A DNA stretch of 64,000 nt, from assembly GCF_963921235.1 (NCBI RefSeq), contig NC_086106.1, positions 23,932,001 through 23,996,000 on the forward strand, in the 5' to 3' direction. The notes below the pieces were generated by a model, which did not search any database, was not told the DNA's origin, and saw only the letters and a program-made list of their open reading frames with translations. The DNA comes from Mobula hypostoma. Its lineage: Eukaryota. The position numbers and the translations under genes were made by a program. Within the stretch, counting starts at the first letter, position 1, and each line of letters begins with the position of its first letter. Positions 50,936-64,000 of this stretch are shown here, piece by piece.

Positions 50936-51229
50936 GGAGAGGAAAAAATGTATTTTTTTCTATGAAAGAACCAGGGACAGCACAGACAAGTAAACTGTTT
51001 GAAATGTGATTACTGGTTACAGCTGCTCCAAAGAGACTGATTTTCATATTTAGTTAAAAAAAGCAACACCATTCACCATGGATCCATGGCACCCTATCCA
51101 GCTTAAAGCAGAATGTGAACGGTTTTCAACGCGTATCACACAGCGATCGCCGTAGGAATCAGGGACTAGAATTGAAGCCAGCCGTCTGCCAAGCAAAAAT
51201 GCAAGAAAAATTGCTAATCTTGGAGAAAC

Positions 51230-54200
51230 CAACATGAAACTAGGTCCAGAGTATCATCAAGAAAATAATATCATTAGCCGCCTTGGGAACCAGCGGTAGA
51301 TGTTACTATTTGCATAATAAATGCCCGAAGCTCCTTGTCACAATGGCGCTGTGAACGGACCCAATTGCAAAACACAGACACTGAACTACAAAGAACAGAT
51401 CTGCACTAGAGTAGGGACGTGACAGGATACAGACAAGCAGCAAGGACAAGAACGCAGACTAGCGCCAGGACATGGACGAGAAACAGGGAACCCGGACAAG
51501 GATCTATGAACTAGGAGCCTGAGCTAGGGAGAGTGGGACCAGGACTAGAAGCCATGGACTAGGAGACAAGGCTTTGACCGAGCCAGAGACTGGACAATGA
51601 CCTAGAAACTGGGTCTTGCCTCGGGCTCGGACCTCAGAACTAGTCAAGGACATAACATGGATTCAGGGCAGGACGTAGCTGTGGTCTAGAGGCCTGAGCT
51701 TGGTGACAAGCTGTGGTCTTCGCTCTTGATGCCTTAGGCTAGGATCTTGCGTCTTGAGCGTGGAGGCTGGGGACTTCAGGTTTATGTTCTTGGAGCTTGG
51801 CTTGGGATTCTCCAGGCTTCTGTTTTTGGAGATTGGCTTGAGATCCTCGAGGCTAGTATTCCTGGTGATTGGCTTGGAATCCTCGAGGCTCGTGTTCTTG
51901 GAGCTTGGCTTAGGATCGTTGGGGCTAGTGCTCTTGGAGCTTGGTTTGGGATCATAGAAGCTACTGTTCTTGGAGCTGGCCTGGGATCCTCGAGGCTAGT
52001 GTTCTTGGAGCTTGGCTGCGGGATCTTCGAGGATTGAGTTCTTGGAGCTTGGTTGTGGGATCCTCGAGTCTTGGGTTCTTGGAGCTTGGCTGCGAGATGT
52101 TCGAGGCTTGCGTTCTTGGAGTTTGGCTGCTGGATCTTCGTCTTAAAATGGGCAGGCTGATAAGTCGGAGGCTGGAGCTGAGAGACCGACTGGGAACTGA
52201 ACATCAAAATAAGAGAAGGCACAACATGACCCCCCGCAGGGCAACGTCGGAACGGCTTGACATACCCCACGGAGGAGAGGAAAAGACAAGGCATAACCAC
52301 TCACAGGGCAACGGCAGAACGGCCTACACTTACCCCACGGAGGCGAGGACAAGACAAGGCAGATCCCCCCGCAGGGCAAAGGCAAAACAGCCTGACTTTC
52401 CCCACGGAACAAGAAGAGACAAACAGCAAAGAACGACAGACAGTTCCATCTCTGCTTCGCGGTAGCTCTGATTCTCATTCGGTCAGCAACTTCAGCAGGC
52501 TATGGGAACAACCGGATCCCTACCTAGCTCGGAGTGGCTGGCAGCCACTCAGCTGGCCTGGTAAGCAGCCGAATCGAGACCGCAAAAACTACCCCAACAA
52601 GTGGAAACAACGCTCCATGAAGCTGAGGTCCTCCAACCAGGCCTAGTGTTCACGAATGGTTTCACTAGCCATCCACCAGCAGTTTGCTCCAAGGGGGACT
52701 GACGAGATAAACCAGCAGCCCACATTCAACCCCAAGGTTACTTATGTTCCAAGCAGAAATTTGGGAATCAGTTGCTCGTGATTAACTTAATCAAAACAAG
52801 GGACAGTTTGAAGACCAGGAGTGCTGAGTCCACGGACCGGACCGTGAAGCGGAATGCGGACTTCACTGACCGGACCATGACACTCCTCGCGTGTCTGCTG
52901 AAGATAATGTGGAAGATTTGGACGGAAGTCTATATCCCACCAAATTGGAGAATTGTTGAAAAATGCTTTGTCCCCAAGGAACAAATTCCTCCATAATCAT
53001 CCCGCTGATGAGAATTGCCATCCTCAGCGAGAACTGCACGATATTCTGCTCCTGCGAGAAGGATGGCCTCCTACTTGGTGGAGAATCACTGTTTCAGTAA
53101 CTCCATCCGGAAAAGTGATATCCCTTTTTTTTTTCTCAGTGTTCTCGCATACATCTCAACAATCAGCCAAATGATTCACGAGGCCAGGCGGCAAAAATTC
53201 AAACGAACATTCGTCAGGTTGTACCTCGCAAACTCCCACAGTTAACACTACAAGCACTCATCCAGACAGGTCTGGTCCATGTCTATATCCCACCGGTAAT
53301 CAGAGACATGATCATCAGCTACCTTGGCGGAGTCAACTGCGCTTCACTTCAGCCCACCAGGTGGCAAGACCTCCCAAAAGGGATTCCAATCGGCTGCACA
53401 GTTTTCTCGATCGTGTTTGGCATTGTTTTGAATACCCTCATATTAGCAGCTGCAGACGTAACTCGTGGCCCATTCTTCGAGCCTGGCATCGGATAACCTG
53501 CAATGCGGGGGTACACAGGTGGCATAGCAATAACCACTGTAAACCATTCCAGACCGCATGGATATTTGAAGCAGTGGACAACGTAGCTAGCTGGGATAAG
53601 ATGAGCATATGGTTATTTGATCGGCCAAGAAATCTGGATGCATGTTGATCAAAAAATGCTAGGTTTCTAGCAAGTTCAGTCATCGGGTACGGGCAGAAGT
53701 CGTTCCATCCATTAAGGGCAACGAAGTGAAATGTCTTCGATTGCGGTTTAATACAGCAATGACGGACAGCATCAGCATCACTGGCACACTACAGCAGACA
53801 GAGAAGCGGCTGAAGAAGATCGACTGAACCGGAATTCAGGTAATTTTAAGACATGGCCTTAACAACATGACATTCTCCATGCCTGCTCTGGCTTTTCACG
53901 TTGGATGAGATTCCCATGACCACTGTAGAAGGCATGGAGAGGAAAATCAACAATTACCTGAGGAGGAGGCTGGGTATTCCTTCAACGTTTACTTCAGTGC
54001 GGCTCCACATAAGATCAAGCCCGCTGCAGCTCCCGTTGTCATCGGTAGTGGAGGAGTTCAAGGTAGAAAACTGTAGAGTTCTGTTAGCAGTTGGGGACAC
54101 CAAAGTCAAGATTGGTAAATCAAGAAGGAGTCACACCAAGTTCTGGCCGAACGTGGGCCGCCAACTCGGTCATAGACAACGCAGTGAAAATTCAGCAATT

Positions 54201-55260
54201 CAGATACATCTTTAGCCACCGATTCCGGAGTCGGCAATTCTCGGCTATGCAAACTTCCCACTATGGGGTATTGCAAGTGCGCGGAATGGGACTGACATGG
54301 CCCAGGCAGAGATACGGAACCCTGAGGACGAGAAACGTTTATTACACGTAGTACTGTTGGCCTCATGGGACGGCTGGACGAAATGGAACAAGGTTTGGAA
54401 AATTGAGTTCTTCGACATTTCTTTCCAGCCTGCGTCAATATATGACAGTCTCCTTTCAGTATCACAACTGCATACATGGACATGAGAGAGCACCACAACT
54501 GCAAAATTGTGGTCTGCAGGATTCACTGACACAAGGTGTAACAAAACTCAACATATCTTTAAAACAAAACGGTACTGGGGGACACCCCGTGAGGTCCCGC
54601 TGCCCCGTGCTGATAAAATACAACGGCAGACATCTAAAGGTAAACCAGATGTTGGAGTGGCAATTAGAGCAGTCGTTTCCATCAAGCAGAGGCCAGGCCA
54701 GTGCTTTCATGCAAGACTAAATCCAGTCTGCTATCAACTGCCAGATCACAGGTGATGAAGGTCGATGTGCCGAGGAAGCTACACTGCACAGAAGTAGTGC
54801 AAACCAGAGATCGTGCTATCGACCACTAAAGGCAAAACAAAAAGACGAAAAAAAAGTCATCTGCTCGAGTTCATACCACCATGGCAGCAAGGATGCGAGG
54901 AGGCTCACCAGGGGAAGGCCCTGAAGTACCAGTCTTTACTCCGAGTGCGTACAGACAAATGTGGTCAGCAACAGGTATTCCCGTTGGAAGTCAGCTGTAC
55001 AGAATCCCCAACAAGGTCGGCTTGGAAATTATTGTCTGCCCAGGGCCTTGAGGATAAGACCAAGAATCAAGTAAGCGGAGGTGTGAATCTTGAATTCAGA
55101 AGCTCCTGGTCAGTGACTTGGTGACCCGCTAACTGAAGAGTGTCGTAGTTATAGGTAGAAACACTCTATGGAGGTTGGGCACCACCTGACGACATCTGCT
55201 CCTGGCTAAAGACTACGGTTACCTCTTCAGGTAACTGAAGAGAGTGTTCGTTGTAAAACG
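51230..55260 (+). mobile_element. HERO-type (R2 group) non-LTR retrotransposon, 5-prime truncated, decayed, split by solo LTR copy 3
   Basis: LGTSG...NKCPKLL frame continues across the LTR into IMWKIW; KGIPIGCTVFSIVF, LPLSSVVEEFKV, QPASIYD, and FIPPWQQGCEEAHQGKALKY...FPLEV (restriction-like endonuclease region). Confidence 0.82.
51336..52882 (-). mobile_element. Solo LTR, copy 3
   Basis: Termini TGTCAC...ATGACA; perfect 5-bp TSD CTCCT (51331-51335, 52883-52887). Confidence 0.88.
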
Positions 55261-57251
55261 CAAGTAATTTTATCGGCATCAGTATGGTGAATTGGTGGAG
55301 GGCTGGGTGCCTCATATAATTAGAAACATGCATAATTAGAGACAATTATAATATACGACACACGTGGCTGGTCACAGTGAAGTGTCCGGCAGCTGCAGGT
55401 ATCTCCGGGCGGCCTGCATATCCCTGAGACAAGCTGGGTCAGGTATATTATTTTTCATAATACGTAAAGGCTCACAAGTATTCACTGTCCTCGTGCAGAG
55501 GTAACTAGAAGAAGGCGGAGTAGAATTCAATCAATGTGTACGATCGAATTTCAGATGGCAGAACGGCTAAAATGAGAGTGCTGTCGGTTATAACAGGGGG
55601 AATGGGTGGTACTACCTAGCCCACATCACGCAAATCTTGCACAAATCCCCAGTTATTTGGCCTATCTCCATCTGGGTTTGGACATATTGTGCTTAAAAAG
55701 GGAGAGTCTTCAGAGGATTTGCCCTTATCACTGCAGTGTCGGCCTAATAGTAGTGAAGCCAAGCAAAGCGATGCGCGGAATTTGCTATGTTAAACTTTTC
55801 ACTATCTGCCTCAAATATCTTGGCTGTGACTAGGGCTTCACTCACAGCGAAACTTGTGGTATGGTATGTTGCCCCTGTAGTAGCACTTTATCAGAGAAGG
55901 GAAAAGTAGACTGTCGACGGCTATCCCTTTTAGTCTAAACAAGAACATCCCTTAAAGGAAAGACTATTACGCTGTCCGTCATGTTCTCTGTATTCTTTTA
56001 ATTATATTCATCATTAATTTGAATGAATAAGCTACTTCGGGTCGCTGAACAATTACAAAAAAAAACAAACAAACAAACAAACGTTTGTAAACACGAAATA
56101 AACAATTTGATCAAGTTGCATTCCTGTACTTTAATTTCCCAGGCATCTTTAAACCGAAAATATAATCTCTTACAGGTTCGCCCGTTTTCCTTTGCATCTC
56201 GTGACTTCCGCAAAATCACTTTTCTGTGTGTCCCAGCTAGGATTGTCTTATTGGTTGTTCTAACCATGTCTATCGGCCTACTGTCGCTACATTCACCTCC
56301 ATCTGCATTCAGGCACTCAATGACCATTGGACAGGGGGTTCCGTGAATAGTTAAACCAGCAGTCGGTATGGCTAACGATATGACCTGGTTCACATTCCAC
56401 ACGGCTATGGCTTTGTCCTACAACTGCTCACCAGACTGTACACTCTTAGCATGCGACCGCGTGTGCACCACTACACTGAGTGAAATGTCCATAGATTGTG
56501 ACAGCTCGTGTTTCATAGGAGGTGAAACATCCCTTGTACGTGAGACACCAAATGGGGAATTATTTTCACGTGAAAGAAGCTAGTTCGTGATATAGGGTTG
56601 AGTCAATTGCATTTGAAGTCGCAGCTGCCGGGCTGTATGTTGCACGGTGGCTGTGCCAACCATTGCTAATTCCATAATAGGAAATTCTAGCAGCCGGTCA
56701 TCTAGAATTTTGGGATGGAATCCAGCAAGAGGAGTAAGCGTAAGCGGGTGAGGTGGATCTGCTATAATTTTGTATTTTGCCATCTCCATTTGCTTTTGTC
56801 TTTTGGTTGCTTCCAATTTATTGAGTTACCACATACTGTATTCAAAAAATCATTTCGCGCCCCTATCATTTTATTTTATCTTACTCTTCCAGTAACGAAA
56901 ATTCCTGAGCCCAATGAGCCTACATAGGGCCATTCTCCATGTATCCACCCGTGTGTATAAGAAAAATAATTAATCATATACCTGTTATCTCCTGTTTCGA
57001 GTCATGCCCTCTACGACGGGAAGCCCGGTGATACTAGGGTCTCAGCCAGAAATTTCGTCGTCTTATTGTACTCTTTTACGGTTTGAGCAGGAAGCTTGTT
57101 CATCGGAGCCATTGTTGGTTGATCGGCAGGCTTTCAGGTTTTCTTTCTTCCCTTCGGCATATCACTGGTGCCTTTTCCTCATTTGCTTTCAGTGCTACCC
57201 TTTTATTAACTGTGATTTAGATGAATCACTAATAAAATCTAATTGTTGATC

Positions 57252-57537
57252 GGTTAGTCTCATGAGACCATGGATTTACGCCTTGGAAGGTTTCCAGGGC
57301 GCAGACATGGGCAAGGTTGTATGGAAGACTGGCAGTTGCTCATGCTGTAAGTATCACCTCTCCAAGACACCGATGTTTCCAAGGGAAGGGGATTATCACC
57401 CATACAGCTTGGCACCGGTGTCGTTTCAGAACAATGCGTGGTTAACTGCCTTGCTCAAGTACACACTACGCTGCTTCAGCCAAGGCTCGAAATAGTGATC
57501 TTCAGTTCACTAGACGAATGCCTTCACCACTTGGCGG
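57252..57537 (-). mobile_element. tRNA-derived SINE (V-SINE-like central motif)
   Basis: On -: A-box-like GCCAAGTGG, B-box-like TTCGAGCC, then GTACTTGAGCAAGGCAGTTAACC. Confidence 0.65.
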
Positions 57538-57574
57538 CGGACCAATACTCGACTACCCTTATGACTTAAACAAA

Positions 57575-59498
57575 AAGATCATAATTAGGAAGGGGAAAGA
57601 AGATTATTAGAGAAAACTGGCAGGGAACACAAAAACTGACTGTAAACGCTTTTATAGATAAGTAAAAAAGGAAAAGACTGGTAAAGACAAATATAAGTCC
57701 CCTACAGACAGAAAGGTAAATTGATTATAGGGAGCAAGGTCATGGCAGACCAATTGAATAACTACTTTGGTTCTGTCTTCACTAAGGAGGACAGAAATAA
57801 TCTTCCAGAAATAGTAGGGGACAGAGGGTCCAGTAAGGTGGAGGAACTGAGCGAAATACATGTTAGTAGGGAAGTGGTGTTAGGTAAATTGAAGGGATTG
57901 AAGGCAGACAAATCCCCAGGGCCAGATGGTCTGCATCCCAGAGTGCGTAAGGAAGTAGTCCAAGAAATAGTGGATGCATTAGTAATAATTTTTCAAAACT
58001 CGTTAGATTCTGGACTAGTTCCTGAGGATTGGAGGGTGGCGAATGTAACCGCACATTTTAAAAACGGAGGGAGAGAGGAACCGGGGAATTAAAGACCGGT
58101 TAGACTAACGTCGGTGGTGGGGAAACTGCTGGAGTCAGTTATCAAAGATGCGATAACAGCACATTTGGAAAACGGTGAAATCATCGGACAAAGTCAGCAT
58201 GGATTTGTGAAAGGAAAATCATGTCTGACGAATCTCATAGAATTTTTGGAGGATGTAACTAGTAGAGTGGATAGGGGAGAACCAGTGGATGTGGTATATT
58301 TGGATTTTCAAAAGGCTTTTGACAAGGTCCCACACATGAGATTAGAGTGCAAACTTAAAGCACACGGTATTGGGGATAAGGTAATGATGTGGTTAGAGAA
58401 TTGGTTAGCAGACAGGAAGCAAAGAGTGGGAATAAACGGGACCTATTCAGAATGGCAGGCAGTGACTAGTGGGGTACTGCAAGGCTCAGTGCTGGGACCC
58501 CAGTTGTTTACAATATATATTAATGATTTGGATGAGGGAATTAAATGCAGCATCTCCAAGTTTGCGGATGACACGAAGCTGGGCGGCAGTGTTAGCTGTG
58601 AGGAGGATGCTAAGATTATGCAGGGTGACTTGGATAGGTTGGGTGAGTGGTTAAATTCATGGCAGATGCAATTTAATGTGGATAAATGTGAAGTTATCCA
58701 CTTTGGTGGCAAAAATAGGAAAACAGATTATTATCTGAATGGTGACCGATTAGGAAAAGGGGAGGTGCAACGAGACCTGGGTGTCATTATACACCAGTCA
58801 TTGAAAGTGGGCATGCAGGTACAGCAGGCGCTGAAAAAGGCGAATGGTATGCTGGCATTTATAGCGAAAGGATTCGAGTACAGGAGCATGGAGGTACTAC
58901 TGCAGTTGTACAAGGCCTTGGTGAGACCACACCTGGAGTACTGTGTGCAGTTTTGGTCCCCTAATCTGAGGAAAGACATCCTTGCCATAGAGGGAGTACA
59001 GAGAAGGTTCACCAGATTGATTCCTGGGATGGCAGGACTTTCATATGAAGAAAGACTGGATGAATTGGGCTTGTACTCGTTGGAATTTAGAACATTGAGG
59101 GGGGATCTGATTGAAACGTATACATCCTAATGGGATTGGACAGGCTAGATGCAGGAAGATTGTTCCCGATGTTGGGGAAGTCCAGAACGAGGGGTCATAG
59201 TTTGAGGATAAGGGGGAAGTCTTTTAGGATTGAGATTAGGAAAAACCTCTTCACACAGAGAGTGGTGAATCTGTGGAATTCTCTGCCACAGGAAACAGTT
59301 GAGGCCAGTTCATTGGCTATATTTAAGAGGGAGTTGGATATGGCCCTTGTGGAAACGGGGATCAGTGGGTATGGAGGGAAGGCTGGTGCAGGATTCTGAG
59401 TTGGATGATCAGCCATGATCATAATAAATGTCGGTGCAGACTCGAAGGGCCGAATGGCCTACTCCTGCAACTATCTTCTACGTTTCTATGTTTCTATC
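57575..59498 (+). mobile_element. Relatively young 5-prime-truncated CR1 LINE (RT domain)
   Basis: ORFs 57721..58092 and 58114..59130 (LDFQKAFDKVPH, QGSVLGP, KFADDTK); premature TAA at 58090, frameshift near 59120; TTTCTATGTTTCTAT tail. Confidence 0.96.
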
Positions 59499-62194
59499 AG
59501 GTTTACAGCCAAAATTCGAAATTGCTGTCCTGTGTACAGCTTTGTATTATTTTTGGGCAATGGATAATGATAACCTGCATACAGACCTATTGATGGCGAG
59601 AAATGGATGGAATAATCTATCAGTTTGATCTTTTATATTACGTTCAGCCTTATTTTACAAAACCGTGCTTTGCCGTTTACACATCCAGGAAAGATTTATT
59701 TTTCATATATTTTCACCAGTATTATTGGTAAGGAGAAAGAGGTTCACCGGATTGTTAATTTGGACCGAAGATAGTCACTACGAATATGCATATTAACCAT
59801 TACTTTGCAGACGAAAAAAACAGAAGTATCATTCGATTAAATATCTACGTCAAACAGATACTTATCAACACCACCCTAGAATCGCTAGAACACAGACACT
59901 TTATTAGCAACTGAAACTCAGCAGGTTAATTGCTAAGTCTCGACAATTTAAACTTCCAGAACTAAACATTCAACAGAAACCCAGCTGAGCTGCAGCCCTT
60001 TGCAAAGAAATAAAGCATCTGTCTTCTCAATATTGGGTTGTTCACAGAGAAGGCAATGCACGAAAAAAAATAACATGTATGCAGAACATCGGGGAATTGC
60101 AAAGACAAGTGTATGCAATGTTCAGCCGGTTGTCCGTCAAAGAAAGAAAAGTTAGATTACTTAACTAATGCTACATTATATAATGCTGTCTTAGTTTGAA
60201 CAGGAAAGAAAGTAAGAGGGCTGTCAGAACATATTCCGCTTACTGTATTAATAAGGAATCATGAAGTTGAACGAGTTTTACAAAGAGTAGGTTAAACAAT
60301 GTAACGATATATTAAGCAAGTATTGCCTGAACGTTTTGACCGATGCACAATATCGTGTTGCTTCAATAGTTTTGATATTAAGAATGCACACGGATATTCT
60401 AGAAATGAGAGGTTGAATTCTTGCATTGAGCACTATGTTACATAGTAAAAGATCAGTATAAGGATCACAAATTATAGACCAATTTGGTTCAGCATGAACA
60501 TTGGGTTACAGACAAATTCGTCGCAGACTAATTGGTGGAGTAATTCTAATCAAGCGGATCTCTCAGCAATTGAGTGCACAAACTTCCGTCTCCTGAAGAT
60601 TTTGCTCTATTTCCAGACCTCTGTTTTACTGTCAGCTAACTATCTGCAACCATCGTCTCCTTGAGATAATTTCTAGTGCTGAGCACTCAATGTGAAGCAG
60701 GGCCCCATCATCTTCCATTGGAATAACTTCAGTGCATCCCTTTGTATCTAAGCTACATTATGATTTTTTTACCCGCGGTCTGCTCTATCTATGCTATTAT
60801 TTTATGCACCAGAACGACGCCCCTTCTTATTCACCGCCGTTCATTGGAGAACAAACCTTGGGTCAACACACTCTCGTTATAACGAAGCTCCTTCATTCCA
60901 TGCGAAGAAGATGCAACTACTTTGCCCCTCCCTAGCGTGCAGTACGATGACTGGACGCAGTCCACAGCAGATGACTTACAAATATTTTATAAAATTCGAT
61001 TATAATCTCGAAGTAGATTTCCTTTCGTTTTTGCTTTATTGGTCACAAGATTTGAACTGCGTGATTTACAAGCTTAACAATGACAATGGAATTTAACCTC
61101 ACATATCTCGCTCTACAATGTGAAGATTGACTCCCTAAAGGAGCAATATAATTGCCAAAGGCAGTTTGATTTGAACACCAATTGTTGTATTTTCTGTTTT
61201 CCCAAGGTCAACCAGTTAAGAAGAACATTATGTTCGAGGTATTGTGTATTTGAAAGCAAAGGATTGCAGATCCTATGTTGATCTTTAAATTATCAACATG
61301 GAGTTAACTTTTTAAAAAAGTTAGGTCCTACTTCTCGATATTAATAATGTTTTTCGTCAAAGAAAATGAGAAATATTTTGTACCGTAACTTTATCTTGGT
61401 ATAACACTTCCTCTAGCTTTAAAAGTTTACATAGATACTGGTCTTTATTATTTGGTTCGTAGCTCAGCTCAGGACGTGTTCCTTCAGTAGCATCCATAAC
61501 GGTGACTTTAGGATATTAAATAGATAGGTTTATTTCATTCATATCGTTAAAAATTCCTGCCAGTCGAACCGACCCAAGGATACATTCCATTATTTCAAAC
61601 TTCCAAGTTCTGTTTTTTTTTTCCAGCACGTGAAACTTCAGTCCTGACTGCTAACAGGTTTATGCGATTGTTTCATGAATGGGTTTTCGTTGAATGATAA
61701 ATTAAAATATTCGATGTCACAATTTTGTTGAATTTAACTTTCAACGAAGACAAAAATAAAGACAGTTCAGACGCACATTTTGGATGGGCTGACATGAGGT
61801 GCGCCTTTGGTTCTGCTGGTTTTATTCCTCCTTACGCAAGACTTGTTTAGCTCACAAAAGTTGGGGCAGTTGTGTCCTGCCACGGACATTGATGAAATAT
61901 ATGATATTTAATGGAGAGATTTCGACATACTTCCTTTCCTTCGACATTTCAATTTAAAATATTCTATGCAATTAACTTTTATGCAACGCAATATTAATGC
62001 ATTTCGGAAGTAATTTATTTGGTAAATCACCAAACAGAAAAAATGTATATGCTAATTAAACGGAGTTTAAGACGCTTTCCAAACTTGTCTAGCAAGAAAG
62101 GAAAATAAGGCAAGTTTTGCAATTTATCCAATTAAAAAAAAACAAAAAAACTTTTCAGGGCTTTCCGATACTCTGATACACAAAAGGGCTATAA

Positions 62195-62775
62195 CATTAT
62201 CGTACACATAGTGTTCTACTTGAATTTCGGCCGATGGTTGTGCATGGCGTCGTGTGGTACAATGAACGGCCGCGCAGATTGGAGGAACAACAACTTATAT
62301 CACTCCTGGGTAATTTCCAACCTAATTGAATGAACATATCCTTCTTACACCATCGCTCATGCCCCCCTCCCCCGGTCCAACTTTTTTCATCCCCTTTTGC
62401 GCTTCTCACCTTATTTTTTGCACGCCCTCTTCTCCCACTGGTGCTGTTCTACACTTTTCTTTCACCCGTGGCCTTCTGTACTTTTCTATTAGACTCTCCG
62501 AGCTCCAGCCATGATTTTTTTCACCAGAAAAAAGAAGCAGCTTCACCTCATCCCTCCCGCTTCAGATTTAACCTATCACATTTTGTTTTATCCCCCATCC
62601 CCCCCCCCACCCAATCATTTAAATCCACTCCAGAATTGTTTTTTTTTTTTATCTCTGGTTCTGGCGATGGATGCCAGCCCGAACCGTCGCCTGTACTCTT
62701 TTTACATCGATGCAGCCTTGCCTACTGAGTTCCTCAAACATTGCGTGTGAGTTACTCAAACATTGTGTATGTGTA
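62195..62775 (+). mobile_element. Decayed Penelope-like 3-prime fragment
   Basis: RLEEQQLISLLG..QPN remnant, pyrimidine tract, decayed hammerhead region and duplicated terminal TGAGTT.CTCAAACATTG. Confidence 0.7.
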
Positions 62776-63048
62776 TTTGCAGACTTCCTCTTGTTGGTTA
62801 AACAGTAAACTCTGCTAATGATTGCTTTGGAGGGAAATAAGTGGCTACCCTGTTTTTTTTTTCTTCTTCAGTGCTTCAAGAAAACTCGTCTTGCTTCATG
62901 ACTACACTGTACAGAGGTAATAAGTGATATGCTCAAAATGCTGCGCTTGGCAACATAACGAAAATTACTATTTCCATCGAATACATACATCTAAACCAAT
63001 CACATTGGCTTTGCTTTTAACAAAAAAATGAAGGAATAGATGGATACG

Positions 63049-63073
63049 TGTGTGTGTGTGTGTGTGTGTGTGT
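63049..63073. repeat. (TG)n microsatellite
   Basis: Direct inspection. Confidence 0.95.
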
Positions 63074-64000
63074 ATTAATTTTTGAAAACTCAATTTGTTG
63101 CATCCCCTGTTGCAAACATCAGAGGCGGAAGATAACAATATAAACAATGTGCCATCTGCAAGTGCTCTCTAATTATATTAAATATATACTGAGTCAAAAT
63201 GTTGTAGGCTGTTAATTGTAGCAACTGTGACCAAGAAATATGCAGTATTATTCCACGAGTAAATTCACTGTGTTGTACTAGGACCAGTGTGTGGAACAGT
63301 ACTAGCACCAGAAGTCGTAGCACTGTTCCAGGCACTGTCCCTTGTACAACACAGTAAAAAGTTGTGATGTCATTGAGCCACAGCAGTGTAATTGTATTAT
63401 TTTTGTTTTCGCAGGGTGTTTCAGGGTACATGGTGGAGCAGGATAAAACAGGCCTAAAGCAGCATGTTTTCCTGACGGGGAGAATTCCATAACAAACCTT
63501 TTGGAAATATATGCGGATATAAACGGAAAGGTAGACAAGATGAGTAAGTAAACTGTTTTGACTTTGACTATCAGAATACCTCAGAGAGGGTGTCGCCTAT
63601 GGGGTTGTTTAATAAAATAAGAGCTCACAACACAACACGAAAGTTACAAGTGTAGTGCGCAGAGAAGCAGACTGACAGGTCGCAAGCGGTTTTCACAGCA
63701 ATTCGAGGAGGAACCGACAAAAGTGTCCAACTCTGGACGTATACTCGCTGGATATTAGGGGGGGGGGAATTAGGAGATTGTTATTCAGCAGTAATAGATG
63801 TTGAAAGACTGGGGCCGAGTGAATCTGCACAGGTTGCTTCCAAAATTTGAAAATCTTGGACCTGACGTCACAAAATTTGCACATAAGGCCGAGAATATAG
63901 AAGAAAAGAGAAGGAATTTCTTTACCCAGAAGTAGGAGAATCTGTGGATCTTACTGCCACAGCAGCTGAGGCCGGTTATTGGGTGTATTTAACGCGATGG

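Noticed and set aside
55130-55200. CTGAAGA...GAAAC and CTGACGA motifs in the HERO 3-prime region as a hammerhead
   Set aside because: Required stems do not pair around the core.
55998-56816. Minus-strand ORFs of 134 and 78 aa including LQMQLTQP
   Set aside because: No V-domain Cys, Trp or YxC pattern and no recognisable family; the 134-aa ORF ends in simple repeat.
60620-60935. HTLVITKLL...EEDATTYF-like remnants on + suggesting a V relic
   Set aside because: Needs several frameshifts, Trp-to-Asp distance is ~40 nt too long, and there is no RSS.
61790-61900. Signal-peptide-like PLVLLVLFLLTQ
   Set aside because: Not in frame with any ATG, no donor and no downstream exon.

Overview
This is eukaryotic, repeat-dense genomic DNA, most likely from a cartilaginous fish. 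That assignment is inferred from the T-cell receptor V sequences and the CR1/Penelope repeat repertoire, not from a database search. The window is part of a T-cell receptor alpha/delta-type variable-gene region. I can support two V segments, each with a leader exon, phase-1 intron, V exon and 23-bp-spacer RSS. One is intact on + (4591-5474). The other is on - (46367-46864), open and with perfect signals, but its second conserved Cys is replaced by Tyr. I found no J, D or C segments. Most of the rest is transposable-element derived: a head-to-tail BEL/Pao array sharing LTRs and lacking RT/RNaseH/integrase, three solo LTRs of one family with 5-bp TSDs, many CR1 LINEs, Rex1/L2-like LINE fragments, a HERO-type LINE, Penelope fragments, a Tc1, a hAT, a tRNA-derived SINE and a ~600-bp non-autonomous retroposon family. 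The most unusual structures are a Penelope-derived 103-bp near-perfect palindrome with an intact hammerhead core on both strands, the Cys-to-Tyr V segment that is one A>G change from canonical, the gag-protease-only BEL array, and an old local duplication with a gapless 138-nt block. I found no clearly new multi-gene system. Repeat boundaries without a stated TSD are approximate.
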